DNA of 64,000 nucleotides from an uncultured Pseudomonadota bacterium (lineage in GTDB: Bacteria > Pseudomonadota > Alphaproteobacteria > RF32 > CAG-239), in assembly GCA_949297185.1 (NCBI GenBank), contig CASFRM010000005.1, positions 2,368 through 66,367 of the forward strand, read 5' to 3'. The notes below the pieces were generated by a model. It did not search any database, was not told the DNA's origin, and saw nothing but the letters and a program-made list of their open reading frames with translations. Below are positions 40,106 through 50,807 of this stretch, in pieces (the stretch's first letter is position 1; every line of letters starts with the position of its first letter). Position numbers and translations under genes: made by a program.

Positions 40106-41155
40106 CTAACCTTCCAACAAATCTAACTGTGGTGAATATTTTTCTTTTTTCAATTTCGGTACACCCAAATATTGGCATCCCAAATCAGAAATAACTCTGC
40201 CGCGGGGTGTTCTTTGCAAGAAACCAAGTTTTAGCAAAAACGGTTCGATAACCTCTTCTATAGTATCTCTTTCCTCAGACAATGCCGCCGCCAGAGTATC
40301 AGCTCCCACCGGACCACCGCCGTAATTTTGCAAAATACAATTCAAGTAGCGCCTATCAAAAGCATCAAGACCGTAATCATCAACATCAAGCCGCTTCAAT
40401 GCATTATCGGCAATTTTATTATCAATTTCTTTAGCTCCGCACACCGCACCGAAATCACGCACTCTCCTAAGCAAGCGTCCGGCCACACGCGGTGTTCCTC
40501 TGGATCTTTTTGCAATTTCCAAAGCCCCAATATCCGAAAGCGGCATATTCAAAAGCCTTGCTCCGCGTAATACGATTTTTTGCAAATCTTCCGGAGAATA
40601 AAAATCCAATCGCAACGGAATTCCAAACCTTTCTCGCAAAGGTGTCGACAACATTCCCGAACGCGTTGTTGCCCCCACTAAAGTAAAAGGTTGCAAGTCG
40701 ATTCTAACCGAACGAGCCGAAGGCCCTTCCCCGATAATCAAATCGAGTTGAAAATCTTCCATTGCCGAATACAAAACTTCTTCAATTGCCGGATTAAGTC
40801 TGTGTATCTCATCAATAAACAACACATCATTGCGTTCCAGATTGGTCAATATTGCCGCCAAATCACCGGATTTTGAAATCATCGGAGCCGATGTTGCTCT
40901 AAATCCAACTCCCAACTCTTTGGCTATAATCGAGGCCAAAGTAGTTTTTCCCAACCCTGGAGGACCAAACAGTAAAACATGGTCCAAAGCCTCTCCGCGT
41001 TCTCTGGCTGCATCGATAAACACTTTCAAGTTTTCGCAAGTTGCCCTTTGTCCCACAAAATCACTCAGCGAATTAGGACGCAAACTCACCGGATTAGCAC
41101 CATTTTGCTCATCTTCGTTTTGTTTTTTAGGGCTCACAATTCTTTCATCAATCAT
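40106..41155 (-). CDS. ruvB: Holliday junction branch migration helicase RuvB
   Basis: [20 protein letters not shown] and RGTPR. Confidence 0.98.
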   Translation of the reverse strand: MIDERIVSPKKQNEDEQNGANPVSLRPNSLSDFVGQRATCENLKVFIDAARERGEALDHVLLFGPPGLGKTTLASIIAKELGVGFRATSAPMISKSGDLAAILTNLERNDVLFIDEIHRLNPAIEEVLYSAMEDFQLDLIIGEGPSARSVRIDLQPFTLVGATTRSGMLSTPLRERFGIPLRLDFYSPEDLQKIVLRGARLLNMPLSDIGALEIAKRSRGTPRVAGRLLRRVRDFGAVCGAKEIDNKIADNALKRLDVDDYGLDAFDRRYLNCILQNYGGGPVGADTLAAALSEERDTIEEVIEPFLLKLGFLQRTPRGRVISDLGCQYLGVPKLKKEKYSPQLDLLEG

Positions 41156-41161
41156 TTTATC

Positions 41162-41833
41162 TTAGTTCCTTGCCGCAAATTCCTTTAGTGCCAGCCTGAT
41201 AAGTTCGCTCATATCGGCATCCGGTGCCTTAATCAAAGCCTGATTAACTGCCTTATAGGCCTCCAATCTTTGATATCCCAAATTAACCAAAGCCGAAATT
41301 GCATCTTCAATCTTGGTCGGATCATCATCACGAGCAGCTAAATTATCTTCATAAGCTTCCGCCTCTTCTGTTGCCTGTAGTCCATTATCGTCTAATGCCA
41401 TATTAATATCCTTTGCAACTTCAACGATTGGTACGGTTACGATTTTATTCTTAAGCTCGGTCACAATACGAGCCGCCAACTTTGGTCCCACGCCATTGGC
41501 TCTGGTAAAAGAGTTCTGATCTTGTGCGGTAATTGCTTGAGAAAGTTGCATTGGAGTTAAAGCAGACAATATACTCAAACAGACCTTGGCTCCTACTCCC
41601 TGCACTTTGGTTAAAGTAATAAACCATTCTTTTTCCAACGCGTCTGCAAAACCAAACAAAGTAATACTGTCCTCTCTGACCACGGTTTCAATCAACAACG
41701 CTGCCGGAGATTTTAGGGTAAGTCTGCCCAACGTTTTTGCCGAAGCAAACACCAAATATCCCACACCGTTAACATCAATAATGCAGTAATCTTCGCCTAT
41801 TGTATCGATTATACCTTTTAATTTTGCAATCAT
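41162..41833 (-). CDS. ruvA: Holliday junction branch migration protein RuvA
   Basis: DVNGVGY, VRED, GVGAK/GVGPK HhH motifs and SALVNLGY. Confidence 0.96.
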   Translation of the reverse strand: MIAKLKGIIDTIGEDYCIIDVNGVGYLVFASAKTLGRLTLKSPAALLIETVVREDSITLFGFADALEKEWFITLTKVQGVGAKVCLSILSALTPMQLSQAITAQDQNSFTRANGVGPKLAARIVTELKNKIVTVPIVEVAKDINMALDDNGLQATEEAEAYEDNLAARDDDPTKIEDAISALVNLGYQRLEAYKAVNQALIKAPDADMSELIRLALKEFAARN

Positions 41834-41926
41834 CTTATCTATCCGCTGTTTTTTGTTTTTAAAATATACAATAAAGCATTTGCTTTCAAGCTTATTTTTG
41901 CACTTGCGGACAATAATAAATTGATA

Positions 41927-42634
41927 TTATTTTATTTCACCGGCCAAAAAACTACGCAAAAATTCCAACCAGTCTTGAGCATCATTTTCGGCAAAAAAAC
42001 CTTCCAAAAAGTCAACCATTCTATTATGACGCACCAAGGCTTCTTTTTTACCGGTTTCCGTCAGCATCAAATCCTTGAGCAACAAGGTCTTTTCAAAAAA
42101 ATGGTTAATACAATTATCTGCCTTACGCCCTTTTCTTTTATATTCCTCTGCCGACAGATTAAGTTCTGGCCAAACATCTTTGTCAAAAATTTTAATTCCG
42201 TATTTTTGTTCTCTGAAAAATGCATAATTCAAAGTACGGACAATTCCATTAACCCCGAGAGCATCGAGCATATCGGCATCAGAAACGATTTTTCCTTCCA
42301 AATTTTTGGGTCTTACGCCGGCCAATAATTTAGAATATCCCATATTGGCAATTATATCGCAAACTGCATTTTGCACCTCAAGCGAAACATTGCAATCTGC
42401 CATAATTCCTTTGGCATTAGTTAAATTATCGGCGACTTCTTGCCCAAATATTTTATAGTCATCAACATCGTGCAACAACGCACTCAACGCAACAATTTCT
42501 TTATCTCCGCCTTCTTGGGTTGCAATTTTTTCAGCCATTTTTTGCACTCGACATGCGTGATCGAATCCATGTCCGGAACAATCGCGCAATAAAAACTCTT
42601 CCACCTTTAAGGCAACTTTATCAGCTAAACTCAT
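41927..42634 (-). CDS. HD-domain phosphohydrolase
   Basis: GH..DH..RV, LLHDVDD, DAD.LDALG and HF.EK. Confidence 0.88.
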   Translation of the reverse strand: MSLADKVALKVEEFLLRDCSGHGFDHACRVQKMAEKIATQEGGDKEIVALSALLHDVDDYKIFGQEVADNLTNAKGIMADCNVSLEVQNAVCDIIANMGYSKLLAGVRPKNLEGKIVSDADMLDALGVNGIVRTLNYAFFREQKYGIKIFDKDVWPELNLSAEEYKRKGRKADNCINHFFEKTLLLKDLMLTETGKKEALVRHNRMVDFLEGFFAENDAQDWLEFLRSFLAGEIK

Positions 42635-43119
42635 TTATATTTTATCCCATAAGCACCACGATATTGAAAATGACACAATGCGATTGCCAACGCATCGGAG
42701 GCATCATTATTTTTAGGCTTACACCCTGGAAGCAAAATTTTCACCATGGTTTCAACCTGAGTTTTTTCTGCTTTTCCCACCCCGACCACGGCTTTTTTAA
42801 CTTTATTCGGTTCATACTCGGTAACGCTTATGCCATACAAAGCCGGAGCCATTATTACCACTCCTCTGGCCATACCGAGCTTAATGGTTGAGGTTGGATT
42901 AGAGTTCAAAAACACTTGCTCAATAGCTGCTTCGTCAGGATGATAAGTTTCTATCACCTCACCCAAGGTTTTATTTATCATAACCAATCTTTCGGCAATC
43001 GGGGTTTTGGTATCTGTCGGAATAAAACCGTCAGCCACATATCTGACTTTATTATTTTCCACCTCAATCACACCCCATCCGGTAGAAGACAAACTAGGAT
43101 CCAAACCTAAAATTCGCAT
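42631..43119 (-). CDS. ruvC: Holliday junction resolvase RuvC
   Basis: ILGLDP, AIEQVF, VKKAVVG and DASDALAIALCH. Confidence 0.96.
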   Translation of the reverse strand: MRILGLDPSLSSTGWGVIEVENNKVRYVADGFIPTDTKTPIAERLVMINKTLGEVIETYHPDEAAIEQVFLNSNPTSTIKLGMARGVVIMAPALYGISVTEYEPNKVKKAVVGVGKAEKTQVETMVKILLPGCKPKNNDASDALAIALCHFQYRGAYGIKYK

Positions 43120-43137
43120 ATTGCGCCCCCGCAAAAC

Positions 43138-43172
43138 AAAAAAATCTCCGCTTATTATAAAGCGGAGATTTT
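43138..43172 (-). terminator. Intrinsic terminator after yebC
   Basis: AAAATCTCCGCTT...AAGCGGAGATTTT. Confidence 0.75.
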
Positions 43173-43194
43173 AATTTACAAGCTATCAGGCAAA

Positions 43195-43950
43195 CTATTC
43201 ACCTTCCAAAGCTTTCAATACCTCGGCAGAAAATTCTGCATTGTGATAAACTTTTTGAACATCGTCATCATCTTCTAAAGCATCAACAAAATCCAAGAAT
43301 TTCTGAGCTGTTTCCAAATCGGTAACATCGGTTTTAACCATCGGTTTCCAATCCAAACGCGAAGCTGACGGAGTACCGTATTTTGCTTCCAAAGCCTCGG
43401 TGACTGCATTCAAATCATCTGGCAAGGTCTCAATATCATGATACTCTTCATCACTAACAACATCATTGGCACCGGCTTCCAAAGCGGCTTCAAACATGGC
43501 ATCAGCCTCTGCTGCGGCCAACGGATATTGAATAAAGCCGATTCTCTCAAAGTTAAAAGTAACCGAACCGCTCTCCCCCATAGCTCCGCCGCGTTTACCA
43601 AAAACAGTTCTGACATTACCTGCAGTGCGATTTTTATTGTCGGTTAAGCATTCAACGATAACGGCAACTTTTCCGGGACCAAAACCTTCGTAACGAGTTG
43701 CTGTATAATCATCACCTCCGGCAACCTGTGTAGCCTTAGCAATAGCTCTTTCAATGTTATCTTTAGGCATACTCTCAGCTCTGGCGGCAGCTATTGCCAA
43801 ACGCAAGCGAGGATTTTTATCAGGATCGGGCATACCGGACTTTGCTGCAATGGTAATATCTCTGGCCAACTTTGCAAAAACTTTAGCTTTTTTGGCATCT
43901 TGAGCACCTTTACGGTACATAATGTTTTTAAATTGGGAATGTCCTGACAT
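43195..43950 (-). CDS. YebC/PmpR family protein
   Basis: MSGHSQFKNI, NPRLR, YEGFGP, TDNKNRT and DDDDVQ. Confidence 0.95.
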   Translation of the reverse strand: MSGHSQFKNIMYRKGAQDAKKAKVFAKLARDITIAAKSGMPDPDKNPRLRLAIAAARAESMPKDNIERAIAKATQVAGGDDYTATRYEGFGPGKVAVIVECLTDNKNRTAGNVRTVFGKRGGAMGESGSVTFNFERIGFIQYPLAAAEADAMFEAALEAGANDVVSDEEYHDIETLPDDLNAVTEALEAKYGTPSASRLDWKPMVKTDVTDLETAQKFLDFVDALEDDDDVQKVYHNAEFSAEVLKALEGE

Positions 43951-44046
43951 TTGTAAAAACTCCTTACAATTTTAAATTTTATCAAAAATTTTTAAGGTCT
44001 TATACAACAATGCCGTCACTTGTGCAAGATTTTTTTTACAGCTCTG

Positions 44047-46650
44047 CTACATCTCAATTAAATTTTTAAAATCATTAATATCTATCTTGTCAGACAAAGC
44101 AATTCCGTTTGGATATTTAGGCGAAAATAAAATATATAGAGGCAAAGAGTTTTTCATAAAAGTTTTTTGTAATTTTTTTGCCAAAGTACTATTAGGCTCA
44201 ATATCATACTCCCGCACCTGATTTTTCTGCATTCTTTCTTTAGTATCTGTATCATCAAAAACCATCAGATCATTATACATACAAACCAAACACCAGTCAC
44301 TGTCTATTTTTACCAAAACTTTATTTGTCAACCTTACTTCGTTTTCTATATTAAGCATAGTTGCCGATATTTCTTTTTGAGCAAATATCTCATTTGATAA
44401 TTTTCCTGTTTTTAATATAGTATACAAAGCAACCAAGCTTATCAAAACAGCTACTACAAGTTTTGCTCTTTTCACCAATACGACCGAAATTTTGGCGCTA
44501 TAAGATTTTCTGATTTCTTGCTTAAATATTTTATAGGTATACAAAATCAACCACACTACGCAAAAATATCCCAACCAAGCAAATTTTATTCCGCAATTAA
44601 GCACTCTTCCCAAAATCGATACAGTCAAGAAAATATTTATGATAAGAACAGCGACAGCAGCATTTTTAAACATTGCTTGCCACTTATCAGGATCTGCAAA
44701 ATAAGATGCAAGTTTTTTATACTTTAGCACCATAAAATAAGGTAACGCCGCACATACTCCCAACAATGCCAATGTAAATGGCATCATCCACGGTTTTTGA
44801 TTTAATATGACAACAATATCTTCCATATAAGGAGGTGTATAAACCAAAGCTAAAATTGCCGTTAATAAACCACTTAAGACAGCTGCCGTTTTTTTGTATT
44901 TATGCAGCAATAATGTCAAATCAAATAATTTCCAAAAACCAAGCAACATAAAAATTTCGACCCAAATTATTGCTGTCAAAAAATATGGATTTTCAAGATG
45001 TGCACCCCATACAAAACTATATCCGCTCAAGTTTAAAATGCTTAGCGATACAATTACGGCACCAAAAAATGTCAATACGCCCAAAGCCGCATATCCAAAC
45101 TCATATTTTACACTTTTTGCCCCCCCAAACTCCGATAGCTTCATCATTTTTGCAATGGTTATAGGTAATGCTCCCGGCATGATAAACAAAGCCAATCCAC
45201 AAACAACAACCATCAGCACAAGGCCAAACATATTATCGGTTTTCGGCATAATGCCATCACCTGCAACAACAGTCTTCTCAACGATGCATTGATTAACCCC
45301 GCTATCGCCGACCCACATTTTCAGTGTTTTTCCTAGAGGATTAAATGATTTGTTTTTTAGCACAAAACTAGCCGTAACAACATTCCCGTCAATCTGTAAT
45401 TTAGGTTGAGAAAAATTATCTGCTTTATCGCCATAAATAAATATTTCAAATTGAGATGCTCTGCTGCTTTTGGCCCTTAGTGTCAAGATATCATTTTTTT
45501 CATCAAATTCTAACTCGCTAAAGTCAAAATTTCTAATATTCTTGTCTTGCGGTACATTTCCCCTCACTAAAGCAACATGAGCCGAAAAAGTTGTTTCGTA
45601 TATATTTTCGGTTACCGGAATTTCAGTAACAAGTTTCAAATTTTCTTCGCTGCACATATAATCTCGACAAACATTAAGCTGTATTTTGCAATCTAACTTT
45701 AATGGCTTTGTCACATCGTTAACTTCAGCTTCAAAATAAACAGGAAAACTATTTGCATATCCCAACAATAAAGAATCATCTTTGGTTTTAACCATAAGCG
45801 GAGCCGTAAATTTTACTTCTGCTTTTTTCAAATTTTCCGAAGCCGAAAAATCGACTTTTATCCCTTCGTAATTTTTATATTTTTGCAACAAGACCAAAGT
45901 CTTTTCTTTTGGCTTTATTTCAATTGTTCCCGCAAACTTTCCATCTTTTCCGACACCGGTATACTCTGATAAAATTACAGCTTTAACATTTTCATTTTTG
46001 CTGTCGGTTGCTAATTTCTTACCGTTAAACCTTTCGGGTAAAAGATCACGCCAATCAAAATTAAAAACAGCAGCCCAATCTTTATTTACAAAAGCTTTCT
46101 TAAGCTTAGCCATTGCCTCTGATGGTCTCTCAGAATTACTATCTATAGCCAACTTTTCTTTTACTGCTAATCTATCTTTCGGAGAATTTGAATAAGACAC
46201 AACTTTTTTAAAATCGTGAATGACAAGTGGATTATCGGCTGGAATATATTCCTCGTTTTCCCCCATCTCATACTGACTATCATCAAACCGTAGCGGTGTT
46301 TCTACACTAGCCACCCAGTCCACTACCTTTTTTTTGGCCTTTTCATACCACGCATAAACTTCTGCACCATTTTTCAAATACTCCTGCCATTTTTTTGCGT
46401 GTTCCTCATCAAAATACGGATATTTATCCATAAGCTCTTCTGTAATATCCGCTTCACTGTTTTCATCAAAAGTTTTAATATATTTTTTCAAATCATTAAC
46501 ATAATTTGCACTGGTTTCCAATACGCCTACATTTTCCGGATAATAAACATCATCGTTTTCCGCATTCAAAATCACCCGTCCCTGAGCTTTTGCGGTGACC
46601 GGCGTAAAAACAAGAAGAAACAAAATTAAAAAACAAACATACTTTTTCAT
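44047..46650 (-). CDS. DsbD/ScsB-like protein, divergent
   Basis: Periplasmic Ig-like domain with CRDYMC, multi-TM domain, C-terminal thioredoxin DWCLVC. Divergent from yqgE. Confidence 0.7.
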   Translation of the reverse strand: MKKYVCFLILFLLVFTPVTAKAQGRVILNAENDDVYYPENVGVLETSANYVNDLKKYIKTFDENSEADITEELMDKYPYFDEEHAKKWQEYLKNGAEVYAWYEKAKKKVVDWVASVETPLRFDDSQYEMGENEEYIPADNPLVIHDFKKVVSYSNSPKDRLAVKEKLAIDSNSERPSEAMAKLKKAFVNKDWAAVFNFDWRDLLPERFNGKKLATDSKNENVKAVILSEYTGVGKDGKFAGTIEIKPKEKTLVLLQKYKNYEGIKVDFSASENLKKAEVKFTAPLMVKTKDDSLLLGYANSFPVYFEAEVNDVTKPLKLDCKIQLNVCRDYMCSEENLKLVTEIPVTENIYETTFSAHVALVRGNVPQDKNIRNFDFSELEFDEKNDILTLRAKSSRASQFEIFIYGDKADNFSQPKLQIDGNVVTASFVLKNKSFNPLGKTLKMWVGDSGVNQCIVEKTVVAGDGIMPKTDNMFGLVLMVVVCGLALFIMPGALPITIAKMMKLSEFGGAKSVKYEFGYAALGVLTFFGAVIVSLSILNLSGYSFVWGAHLENPYFLTAIIWVEIFMLLGFWKLFDLTLLLHKYKKTAAVLSGLLTAILALVYTPPYMEDIVVILNQKPWMMPFTLALLGVCAALPYFMVLKYKKLASYFADPDKWQAMFKNAAVAVLIINIFLTVSILGRVLNCGIKFAWLGYFCVVWLILYTYKIFKQEIRKSYSAKISVVLVKRAKLVVAVLISLVALYTILKTGKLSNEIFAQKEISATMLNIENEVRLTNKVLVKIDSDWCLVCMYNDLMVFDDTDTKERMQKNQVREYDIEPNSTLAKKLQKTFMKNSLPLYILFSPKYPNGIALSDKIDINDFKNLIEM

Positions 46651-46744
46651 AAGCAAAATACAAAAGCAAATTGATTTTAAGGCCAATATATCCTATATTA
46701 TAATATAGATATTGTATACATAAAGTTAAAACAAAGCAGGGACT

Positions 46745-47311
46745 ATGGATAAAATTGATATTAAAAACCTCACCGGCAAATGCTTGATATCACTAAACGA
46801 TTTTAGTGATGAATTTACTAATGCATTGATATATATTTGTGCTCACAATTCAGACGGAGCTATGGGATTTATAATCAACAAAAGAATCAAAGATTTCATG
46901 CCGTCAGATTTAATTGCCGATTTAAACTTTAATGTGCCAAATCTTTCGCTTCCGGTTGGCCTATATAATGGCGGTCCGTTGGAGAAAGCCAAAGGTTTTA
47001 TCATTCACTCAAATGAGTACCACCGCCACGACAGCATCGACAACGGCGGCGGTATCGCCATATCCTCATCATTGGAAGTTTTGCAAGACATCTTTACCGG
47101 TCAAGGCCCGCAAGAAAAAATGATTGCCTTAGGTTATGCCGGTTGGGCTCCTCTGCAATTAGAAAAAGAGATTGCCGAAAACCGCTGGCTGGTAACCGAA
47201 GCAACACCGGAGCTAATTTTTGCTCACGATGATGCCTCCAAACGCAACCTTGCACTGTCTTATTTGGGCATTGATTACGAAAATTTCACCCCTAATATCG
47301 GCAGAGCATAA
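46745..47311 (+). CDS. YqgE/AlgH family protein
   Basis: H..DGAMG.IIN, GGP, GF..HS and LGYAGW...QLE.EI..N.W. Confidence 0.9.
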   Translation: MDKIDIKNLTGKCLISLNDFSDEFTNALIYICAHNSDGAMGFIINKRIKDFMPSDLIADLNFNVPNLSLPVGLYNGGPLEKAKGFIIHSNEYHRHDSIDNGGGIAISSSLEVLQDIFTGQGPQEKMIALGYAGWAPLQLEKEIAENRWLVTEATPELIFAHDDASKRNLALSYLGIDYENFTPNIGRA

Positions 47312-47317
47312 ATAAAG

Positions 47318-48685
47318 CTATATTTTTTTCCAGGTTGTACCTTGCGGTGAATCTTCAAGAATAATACCTTGTTCTTTCAAATCATTTCTGATTTTATCAG
47401 CCAAGGCATAGTCTTTATTTTTCTTAGCTTCGGCTCTTTGGGCTATAAGTTTTTCAATTTCTTGAGCCTCATCACCTACTGAACCCTTAAACCATTCTTC
47501 CGGATTCTGCCACAATATTCCCAACAACTCTGCAGACTTCAACAAAGTAGTTTTAGCTTTTGCCTTATCAGCATCGCTTTCGGCCTTATTAAGGGTATTA
47601 ACCAAGTCATGGATGTAGCTCAAGGCTAATGGCGTATTAATATCATCTTCCAAAGCATTAACGATTCGCTCATCAGCCACAGAGCTGTCACAAGCCACAT
47701 CTTTTACTCTGAGTAAAGCATTATAGAACTTATCCAAAGTTTGTTTGGCTGCTTCTAATCCTTCAAAAGTAAAGTTAAACGGCTGATGATAATGAGTTGT
47801 CAAAAACAACAAACGCAAAGCCTCTGCCGGAGCTTTTTCCAATACCTGATCTATAGTATAAAAGTTGCCCAAAGATTTAGACATTTTAACACCGTCAACC
47901 ATCAACATACCGCCATGCACCCAATAGTTGGCAAACTTTTCTCCCGGATGAGCGCAAAGCGATTGAGCACATTCATTTTCATGGTGCGGAAAGATTAAAT
48001 CAGACCCGCCGCCGTGAATATCAAAAGAGTTACCCAAGAGTTTTGAGCTCATTGCCGAGCATTCCAAATGCCACCCCGGACGCCCATATCCCCAAGGGCT
48101 GTTCCACCCCGGTTGATCAGCATCAGAAGGCTTCCACAAAACGAAATCGGCCGGATTTTTCTTATAATCAGCCACTTCGATTCTGGCACCTGCAATCATC
48201 TCTTTCATGCTTCGCCCAGATAAAAATCCATAATTAGGCATTGAGTCCACATCAAACAAGACATGACCTTGCGCTTCATACGCATGCCCTTCTTTCAGCA
48301 ACAGTTCAACCAACTCTATCATCTCGTTGATATACTCGGTTGCTCTGGGGCGATAATTCGGAGAAAGCACATTAAGTTTAGCCATATCATCAACATACCA
48401 CTGATATGTTTGCTCGGTAATTTCTCTGATAGACTTACCTGTTTCCTTATGCTTGTTTAAGATTTTATCGTCGACATCGGTAATATTTGACACATAAGTA
48501 ACATGGTCTTTTCCGTACTTATTACACAATACTCTAAACAACACATCAAACACCACCGGTGTTTTGGCATTTCCCAGATGAGCTCTGTCATAAACCGTAG
48601 GTCCGCAAACATACATTCTGACATTATTCTCATCAATCGGAACAAATTCTTCTTTGCGTCGTTTCAGGGTATTAAACAAATACAT
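47318..48685 (-). CDS. cysS: Cysteine--tRNA ligase
   Basis: CGPTVY, HLGN, GRPGWHLECS and KMSKSLGN. Confidence 0.98.
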   Translation of the reverse strand: MYLFNTLKRRKEEFVPIDENNVRMYVCGPTVYDRAHLGNAKTPVVFDVLFRVLCNKYGKDHVTYVSNITDVDDKILNKHKETGKSIREITEQTYQWYVDDMAKLNVLSPNYRPRATEYINEMIELVELLLKEGHAYEAQGHVLFDVDSMPNYGFLSGRSMKEMIAGARIEVADYKKNPADFVLWKPSDADQPGWNSPWGYGRPGWHLECSAMSSKLLGNSFDIHGGGSDLIFPHHENECAQSLCAHPGEKFANYWVHGGMLMVDGVKMSKSLGNFYTIDQVLEKAPAEALRLLFLTTHYHQPFNFTFEGLEAAKQTLDKFYNALLRVKDVACDSSVADERIVNALEDDINTPLALSYIHDLVNTLNKAESDADKAKAKTTLLKSAELLGILWQNPEEWFKGSVGDEAQEIEKLIAQRAEAKKNKDYALADKIRNDLKEQGIILEDSPQGTTWKKI

Positions 48686-48699
48686 TTTAATTTTCTCCG

Positions 48700-50022
48700 T
48701 TAAGCGGTTATTCCCATAAGGCGATTATATGCTTTATTGCGTCCGATTAAAGGCAGCAACAATTTCAATTCCGGTCCGTTTTCTTGTGCTGTCAAAGCTT
48801 TACGCAACGGATGGAAAAGCTCTTTACCTTTCTTTCCGCTGACATTTTTAACTTCATTTACCCACTGACTATAGGTATTTTCGTCCCACGGCTCCGGAGG
48901 TAATAATTCAGCAGCCTTTTTGGTTAGGTCTGCATCTTCAATCAGCGGAGTAATTTCTTGGCGGCAAATTTTTTCCCACTCATGCACTTCATCAACGGCA
49001 TTTAAGTTGCCTCTGACAGCATCCCAAAAACTTTCGTCAACATCAACTCTGGATTTCACATTTTCATAAGGCATCTGTCTGACAAATTTATGATTAAAGA
49101 GCTTGAGTTCTTCTTCGTCAAACTTTGGTTGGGCTCTGCCGATTTTTGCAAAATCAAGCGATTCGGCAAGAGTTTGCAAATCATAAAACGGCTCAATTGC
49201 TTCCGATGTACCGAGCTTTGCCAAGAACGAGCAAATAGCCATAGCTTCCACACCTTCGGCTCTCAGTTCACGAACACCGAGCGAGCCCAATCTTTTAGAA
49301 AGTTTTCCTTCCTTACCGGTCAACAGCGGTAGGTGTGCAAACTGCGGTACTTTTCCCCCCAGAGCCTCAAACATTTGAATCTGAGTTGCCGTATTGGTCA
49401 CATGGTCTTCGCCTCTGATAATATGAGTAATCTTAAAATCAAAATCATCTATCACCGAAGGCAAGTGATAAAGATAACTGCCGTCTTCTCTGATGATTAC
49501 GGGATCTGCCAAATTAGCGGCATCATAATGGATTTTGCCTCTGACCAGATCGTCCCATTCAATAACCCCCGGATTAAGCTTAAAGCGGTAGTGAGGCTTG
49601 CGACCTTCGGCTTCATATTTTTTAATATCTTCGGCTGTGAGTTTCAAAGCACCTCTATCATAGATTGGAGGTCTGCCCTGAGCCATTAATTTTTTACGCA
49701 TTACCTCAAGTTCCTCGGCTGTTTCATAGCATGCGTAAACTCTACCCTCAGCCTTGAGCTTGGCAACCACTTCGTCATATCTGGCAATTCTTGCAGATTG
49801 TCTGGCTTCTTCATCCCATTTAAGACCGAGCCACACCAAGATATCAAGAATAGCATCTTCATATTCTTTTTTCGAACGCAAAACATCGGTATCATCAATT
49901 CTCAACAAGAATTTTCCGCCCAACTTTTTAGCCAACAACCAGTTAAACACGGCAGTACGGGTATTACCGATATGCATAAAGCCTGTGGGGCTCGGAGCAA
50001 ATCTGACTTTCACATCACTCAT
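48700..50022 (-). CDS. gltX: Glutamate--tRNA ligase
   Basis: RFAPSPTG, HIGN, IIRGEDH and KLSKR. Start reassigned to 50022. Confidence 0.95.
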   Translation of the reverse strand: MSDVKVRFAPSPTGFMHIGNTRTAVFNWLLAKKLGGKFLLRIDDTDVLRSKKEYEDAILDILVWLGLKWDEEARQSARIARYDEVVAKLKAEGRVYACYETAEELEVMRKKLMAQGRPPIYDRGALKLTAEDIKKYEAEGRKPHYRFKLNPGVIEWDDLVRGKIHYDAANLADPVIIREDGSYLYHLPSVIDDFDFKITHIIRGEDHVTNTATQIQMFEALGGKVPQFAHLPLLTGKEGKLSKRLGSLGVRELRAEGVEAMAICSFLAKLGTSEAIEPFYDLQTLAESLDFAKIGRAQPKFDEEELKLFNHKFVRQMPYENVKSRVDVDESFWDAVRGNLNAVDEVHEWEKICRQEITPLIEDADLTKKAAELLPPEPWDENTYSQWVNEVKNVSGKKGKELFHPLRKALTAQENGPELKLLLPLIGRNKAYNRLMGITA

Positions 50023-50077
50023 ATAAAAACAACCTCTGTAAAAAAAATAAAACAAACTTCTGACGAGAGTAGCTTTT

Positions 50078-50749
50078 TTAGTTTTGAATTTCAAGGGATT
50101 TTTGCTGATTAACAGCTTTTTCCCGCAAATTTAATTCCATTGAGGCGGTTATATCGCTCAAATCTTCCAAAAACCAATCAATTTCACCATCATCTTGGGC
50201 AATCATTTCATAAAATTTTCCTCTGTAAGCCAAAAGCAAGCTGCTTTCTGCCACTTTTACATCCACCGCCTTTATTTTGCCATCAACTTTGTGCAGCCTA
50301 AACACCAAAGTAATTACTTGCTTTTCTTCACCCAAATTTACTTTTACATTAGTTATGACATTGGTAAAATTTCCATCAATTTCGGCATTTTTGATTTCGT
50401 ACTCCACATTTTGGGCATAATCAAGCGGCAAAGTTTTATAATAAGCCAGTCCGTATCGCAAAAACAACTTTTGATAAGCTTGTTTTTGCTCTTCACTCAT
50501 CTGCCGCCAATATTTTCCCATTACAAAGCGGCTCACATAATCCACATCGATATAAGTTACAAAAAGCTCATCAAGCTTTTGAAAACGCAAGTTTAAATCC
50601 GGCTCCTGAAAAGCCATCAGCAATTCTTCGCCTTTGGTCGCGGCAAAATTTAAGGCTTCATCTTTACTCAAAATCTCCGCAGAATTAGCATTTGCCGCAA
50701 AAATCAAAAACAGAGCTGTGATAACTTGCAAAATTTTGTTACTTTTCAT
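50078..50749 (-). CDS. MlaC/Ttg2D-like phospholipid-binding protein
   Basis: Signal peptide, D...VSRFVMGKYWR, and DVKVAESSLLLAYR..F. Confidence 0.78.
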   Translation of the reverse strand: MKSNKILQVITALFLIFAANANSAEILSKDEALNFAATKGEELLMAFQEPDLNLRFQKLDELFVTYIDVDYVSRFVMGKYWRQMSEEQKQAYQKLFLRYGLAYYKTLPLDYAQNVEYEIKNAEIDGNFTNVITNVKVNLGEEKQVITLVFRLHKVDGKIKAVDVKVAESSLLLAYRGKFYEMIAQDDGEIDWFLEDLSDITASMELNLREKAVNQQKSLEIQN

Positions 50750-50807
50750 AAAAAACTTTCCTATAATCCAAATATCTTTTTTATGGTATATACAAATGGT
50801 TAAAAAA

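Noticed and set aside
50634-50795. N-terminal extension of the AapJ-like ORF overlapping the mlaC-like gene
   Set aside because: ORF-caller artefact. The signal peptide begins at 50796/50808.
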